DNA of 64,000 nucleotides from a virus (Duplodnaviria; Caudoviricetes): IMG/VR virus record IMGVR_UViG_651703099_000001, positions 8,333 to 72,332 of that record; one strand, 5' to 3'. Shown piece by piece: positions 61,924 to 64,000 of this stretch (position 1 is its first letter; each line of letters starts with the position of its first letter). The notes under the pieces were generated by a model. It saw only the letters and a program-made list of their open reading frames with translations, ran no database searches and was not told where the DNA came from. The position numbers and the translations under genes were made by a program.

Positions 61924-62186
61924 ACCCAGAAGAGATCACAAACGTCTTCGACGCGCCAATCGAGGACATGACCACCGAATTCCTGGAGGAAAGTACCGAT
62001 CAGTTCACCGTCTTCCTGATTTCTCATATCATGGGCAAGGAGGCTCTCAAGGAGCTCAACGACAACGGCGAGGCCCGGTATACGGCGGTTGTAATTTGCG
62101 ACCGCTTCATCAAGATGATGTACGAGCGCTCTTTACGGGTAGCCGAACACAAGACTAAGATCGATTGGCTAAATAGCCTACTTTGA
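61920..62186 (+). CDS. hypothetical protein
   Basis: Followed by a terminator-like hairpin at about 62210-62237. Confidence 0.55.
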   Translation: MNPEEITNVFDAPIEDMTTEFLEESTDQFTVFLISHIMGKEALKELNDNGEARYTAVVICDRFIKMMYERSLRVAEHKTKIDWLNSLL

Positions 62187-62246
62187 CGGCAAACACCACA
62201 AAAAGGTTCGGCCCTCCATGACCTGGGGGGCTTTTTTGCGGGTAAA

Positions 62247-62447
62247 ATGGAGTTGTCGAGACCATTTTTCATCATGCTTGACCTGTTCGATCTTATCTCG
62301 CCCCGTGTCTACGTGGTTAGCGAGAAACACTACGAGGAGATGCTGGAAAAGCGCCGCACGGCAGAACGAGAGCGCCTCGAGGCCCGCAAGGAGTACTACC
62401 TGGCTCGTGTTAAGGAAGTTGAAGAAGACCTGAAAAAGCTGACGTAG
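62247..62447 (+). CDS. small coiled-coil protein
   Basis: VYVVSE..R..LE pattern; alternative start ATG 62274. Confidence 0.55.
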   Translation: MELSRPFFIMLDLFDLISPRVYVVSEKHYEEMLEKRRTAERERLEARKEYYLARVKEVEEDLKKLT

Positions 62448-62468
62448 GACGGTATCCTTAGATACAAG

Positions 62469-62524
62469 CGTTCAGCCCCTTTTGGGGTCGCAGCACGAGT
62501 CACGCCAGGGAACGGGGACGTGAC
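62469..62524 (+). promoter_or_regulatory. glutamine-II (Downstream-peptide) riboswitch
   Basis: CGTTCA-[GCCCC TTTT GGGGT]-CGCA...GTCACG CCA GGGAACG GGGA CGTGAC: P1 CGTTC/GAACG, P2 hairpin, pseudoknot GTCACG/CGTGAC; upstream of a YRG peptide. Confidence 0.85.
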
Positions 62525-62541
62525 CACTGTTGAGGTCTACC

Positions 62542-62718
62542 ATGAACCACCTCGCTCTGATCAAAGAAGGCATGCAAAAGCGTGCTCGCCTGTCTGAAGC
62601 CCAACGCCTGATGGCCAAGGCTTACCGCGGTGTCGAATACGTTGATGCCGTGCATGATCGCCCCAAGAAGGACGGCCCCGCCGACCTTGTCTATCGGGGA
62701 ATCTCGTACCAGCTCTGA
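62542..62718 (+). CDS. DUF4278 / glutamine synthetase inactivating factor-like peptide
   Basis: AYRGVEY and VYRGISY repeats, basic N-terminus, GAGG RBS. Confidence 0.8.
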   Translation: MNHLALIKEGMQKRARLSEAQRLMAKAYRGVEYVDAVHDRPKKDGPADLVYRGISYQL

Positions 62719-62797
62719 TTGTTAAGTTCCATTAACACCACTTGCCCCTGCTTCGGCGGGGGCTTTATAGTAGGTGCATACCCAAAGGGAGAAACCC

Positions 62798-63055
62798 ATG
62801 ACCATCCACACCGCTGAGCATCTGAGCTTTGACAACTTCAAGGACGTTGAGGCTTCCATCAAGTCCTGGAAGTGGATCTGTGGCGTCGACGGCACTGGCC
62901 GCGCAGCCAAGCAGGGCATCCGCTTCATTGAGTTCAAGGGCCACAAGATCGCCGCCGATTGCCGTGAGGCACGCCGTGGCGCCAAGTGGCACACCCGCTG
63001 CACTCTTACGATTGATAACAAGCGTGCCACCCTCCAGGACATCGCCGCCCTGTGA
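62798..63055 (+). CDS. early hypothetical protein
   Basis: AAGGGAG RBS after a terminator hairpin at 62745-62766. Confidence 0.65.
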   Translation: MTIHTAEHLSFDNFKDVEASIKSWKWICGVDGTGRAAKQGIRFIEFKGHKIAADCREARRGAKWHTRCTLTIDNKRATLQDIAAL

Positions 63056-63060
63056 GGGGC

Positions 63061-63282
63061 TAGAATACACACATCAACCAAAGGAGACCAACCATGACCA
63101 AGAAAGTCAGCCTTACCCTCAGCCACACCGAGCTTCTTCTGATCCTGGAGGCCATGGCGGAGGTCGACACACCTGTTTATTTCGACGGCAACGACGAGTT
63201 GATTGCGAAATATGACGATCTGTACGATCGAATCACCCTGGCCTACCGCAAGGCGGCCGGCGTCGAGTAGAATACACACATC
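63061..63282 (+). repeat. 15-bp repeat TAGAATACACACATC (63061, 63268), early -10/TSS element
   Basis: Each copy lies 33 nt upstream of an ATG with a strong RBS. Confidence 0.7.
63094..63270 (+). CDS. 58-aa early hypothetical protein
   Basis: AAGGAG RBS, open frame, missing from the ORF track. Confidence 0.65.
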   Translation: MTKKVSLTLSHTELLLILEAMAEVDTPVYFDGNDELIAKYDDLYDRITLAYRKAAGVE

Positions 63283-63300
63283 CACTCCAGGAGGCCATCC

Positions 63301-63798
63301 ATGTCCTACCCCCAACTGCACAAAGCCCGCATCTTCCGTGAGACCCCTTCGGTCTACTTCGCCGATGCCTGGATCCCTGGCCAGAACGGCCTGGACGTTG
63401 TCACCCACTACGGCCCCGCCGTCAGCCCGCCGTACCTCCGTGGCGAGAAGCAGTTCTACGTCCACACCCAGCAGACCGACTTCAACCGCGTGGTGTTTGG
63501 CGAGCGGGTATTCGAGCTGGTCTACCCTGATGGCGGCCACTTCCTCGTGCACCTCAACAACGACAGCGGTGCCCTGGAGATCCCCGCCGGCGTCTACCAC
63601 CGCTCGGTGAGTTGCTCCACTGGCTCCGTACTACTCAATCAGGCCGTCAGGACGCCCCTGTACGATGAGAGCAACGAGTTCCACCCTAGGACACCCAAGA
63701 GCGACGAAGCCCTGCTCCTGGGCTCCCTGAAGCCCATAGTGATGGTCGGTGATACCGCTCGTATCCTCGAGCTCATCGCTACCTACGACCATGATTGA
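63301..63798 (+). CDS. cupin-like protein conserved in cyanobacteria and cyanophages
   Basis: FRETPSVYF, QFYVH..QTD.NRVV.GER.FELV, GALEIP.GVYHRS. Confidence 0.7.
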   Translation: MSYPQLHKARIFRETPSVYFADAWIPGQNGLDVVTHYGPAVSPPYLRGEKQFYVHTQQTDFNRVVFGERVFELVYPDGGHFLVHLNNDSGALEIPAGVYHRSVSCSTGSVLLNQAVRTPLYDESNEFHPRTPKSDEALLLGSLKPIVMVGDTARILELIATYDHD

Positions 63799-64000
63799 AG
63801 CGATTCGCGATCTTAATCGCTTCAACGTCGATGCCTTCAAGCGTGGCACCCAGTACGTCGTGGTCTGGCCAGGTGGCGACCTGGCCATCATTGACGCCTA
63901 CGAGCTCAAAGACCTTGCCAGGTGGATACGCCATGGCATACAATGGGATAAGAAGAGCCTCCAGGACCTCCAAGAGGAATTCTTCCAGCATCTCCTCGTA
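63791..64000 (+). CDS. 3'-truncated hypothetical protein
   Basis: ATG overlaps the previous stop; open to the window end. Confidence 0.5.
   Translation, partial: MIEAIRDLNRFNVDAFKRGTQYVVVWPGGDLAIIDAYELKDLARWIRHGIQWDKKSLQDLQEEFFQHLLV

Noticed and set aside
1-64000. Genome-wide TAG recoding
   Set aside because: Many genes end in TAG directly followed by a promoter motif or the next start, and no suppressor tRNA was seen; only the tail tube TAG looks read through
1-64000. Prophage or lysogeny module
   Set aside because: No integrase, repressor, att site or host flank in the window; the rest of the genome is not visible

Overview
The whole window is a dsDNA tailed phage, very probably a siphovirus-type cyanophage of picocyanobacteria (Synechococcus/Cyanobium-like host, inferred from an hli gene, a glutamine-II riboswitch with a DUF4278 peptide, and CP12-like and DUF3288-like genes). 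1-34.6 kb is the late module: neck and tail genes, tape measure, two sets of modular fibres, scaffold, major capsid protein and endolysin. 34.6-38 kb is a leftward replication unit (initiator, DnaB-like helicase) next to an iteron-type origin. 38-59.7 kb is a rightward middle region: Sak3-like annealase, SSB, RusA, exonuclease, ThyX, DnaG, class II RNR, Dcd, LOG and two sigma factors, with terminase and portal unusually embedded in it. 59.7-64 kb holds small early genes. No tRNA, CRISPR array, integrase or DNA polymerase is visible. Best candidates for new biology: (1) a SigF-like phage sigma factor that lacks region 4 and ends in a beta-clamp-binding-like motif (QGSLF), together with about 25 copies of a -10-only late promoter motif GGHANNCTA, suggesting T4-gp55-like replication-coupled late transcription that uses the host clamp; (2) GNGAY-pentaloop hairpins shared by the portal, scaffold and capsid leaders; (3) a glutamine riboswitch/DUF4278 unit and a CP12-like peptide without its C-terminal cysteines; (4) amber readthrough of the tail tube gene; (5) head-to-tail docking motifs on the fibre proteins; (6) an unannotated structured RNA. 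All family assignments come from recognising motifs by eye; no searches were run.
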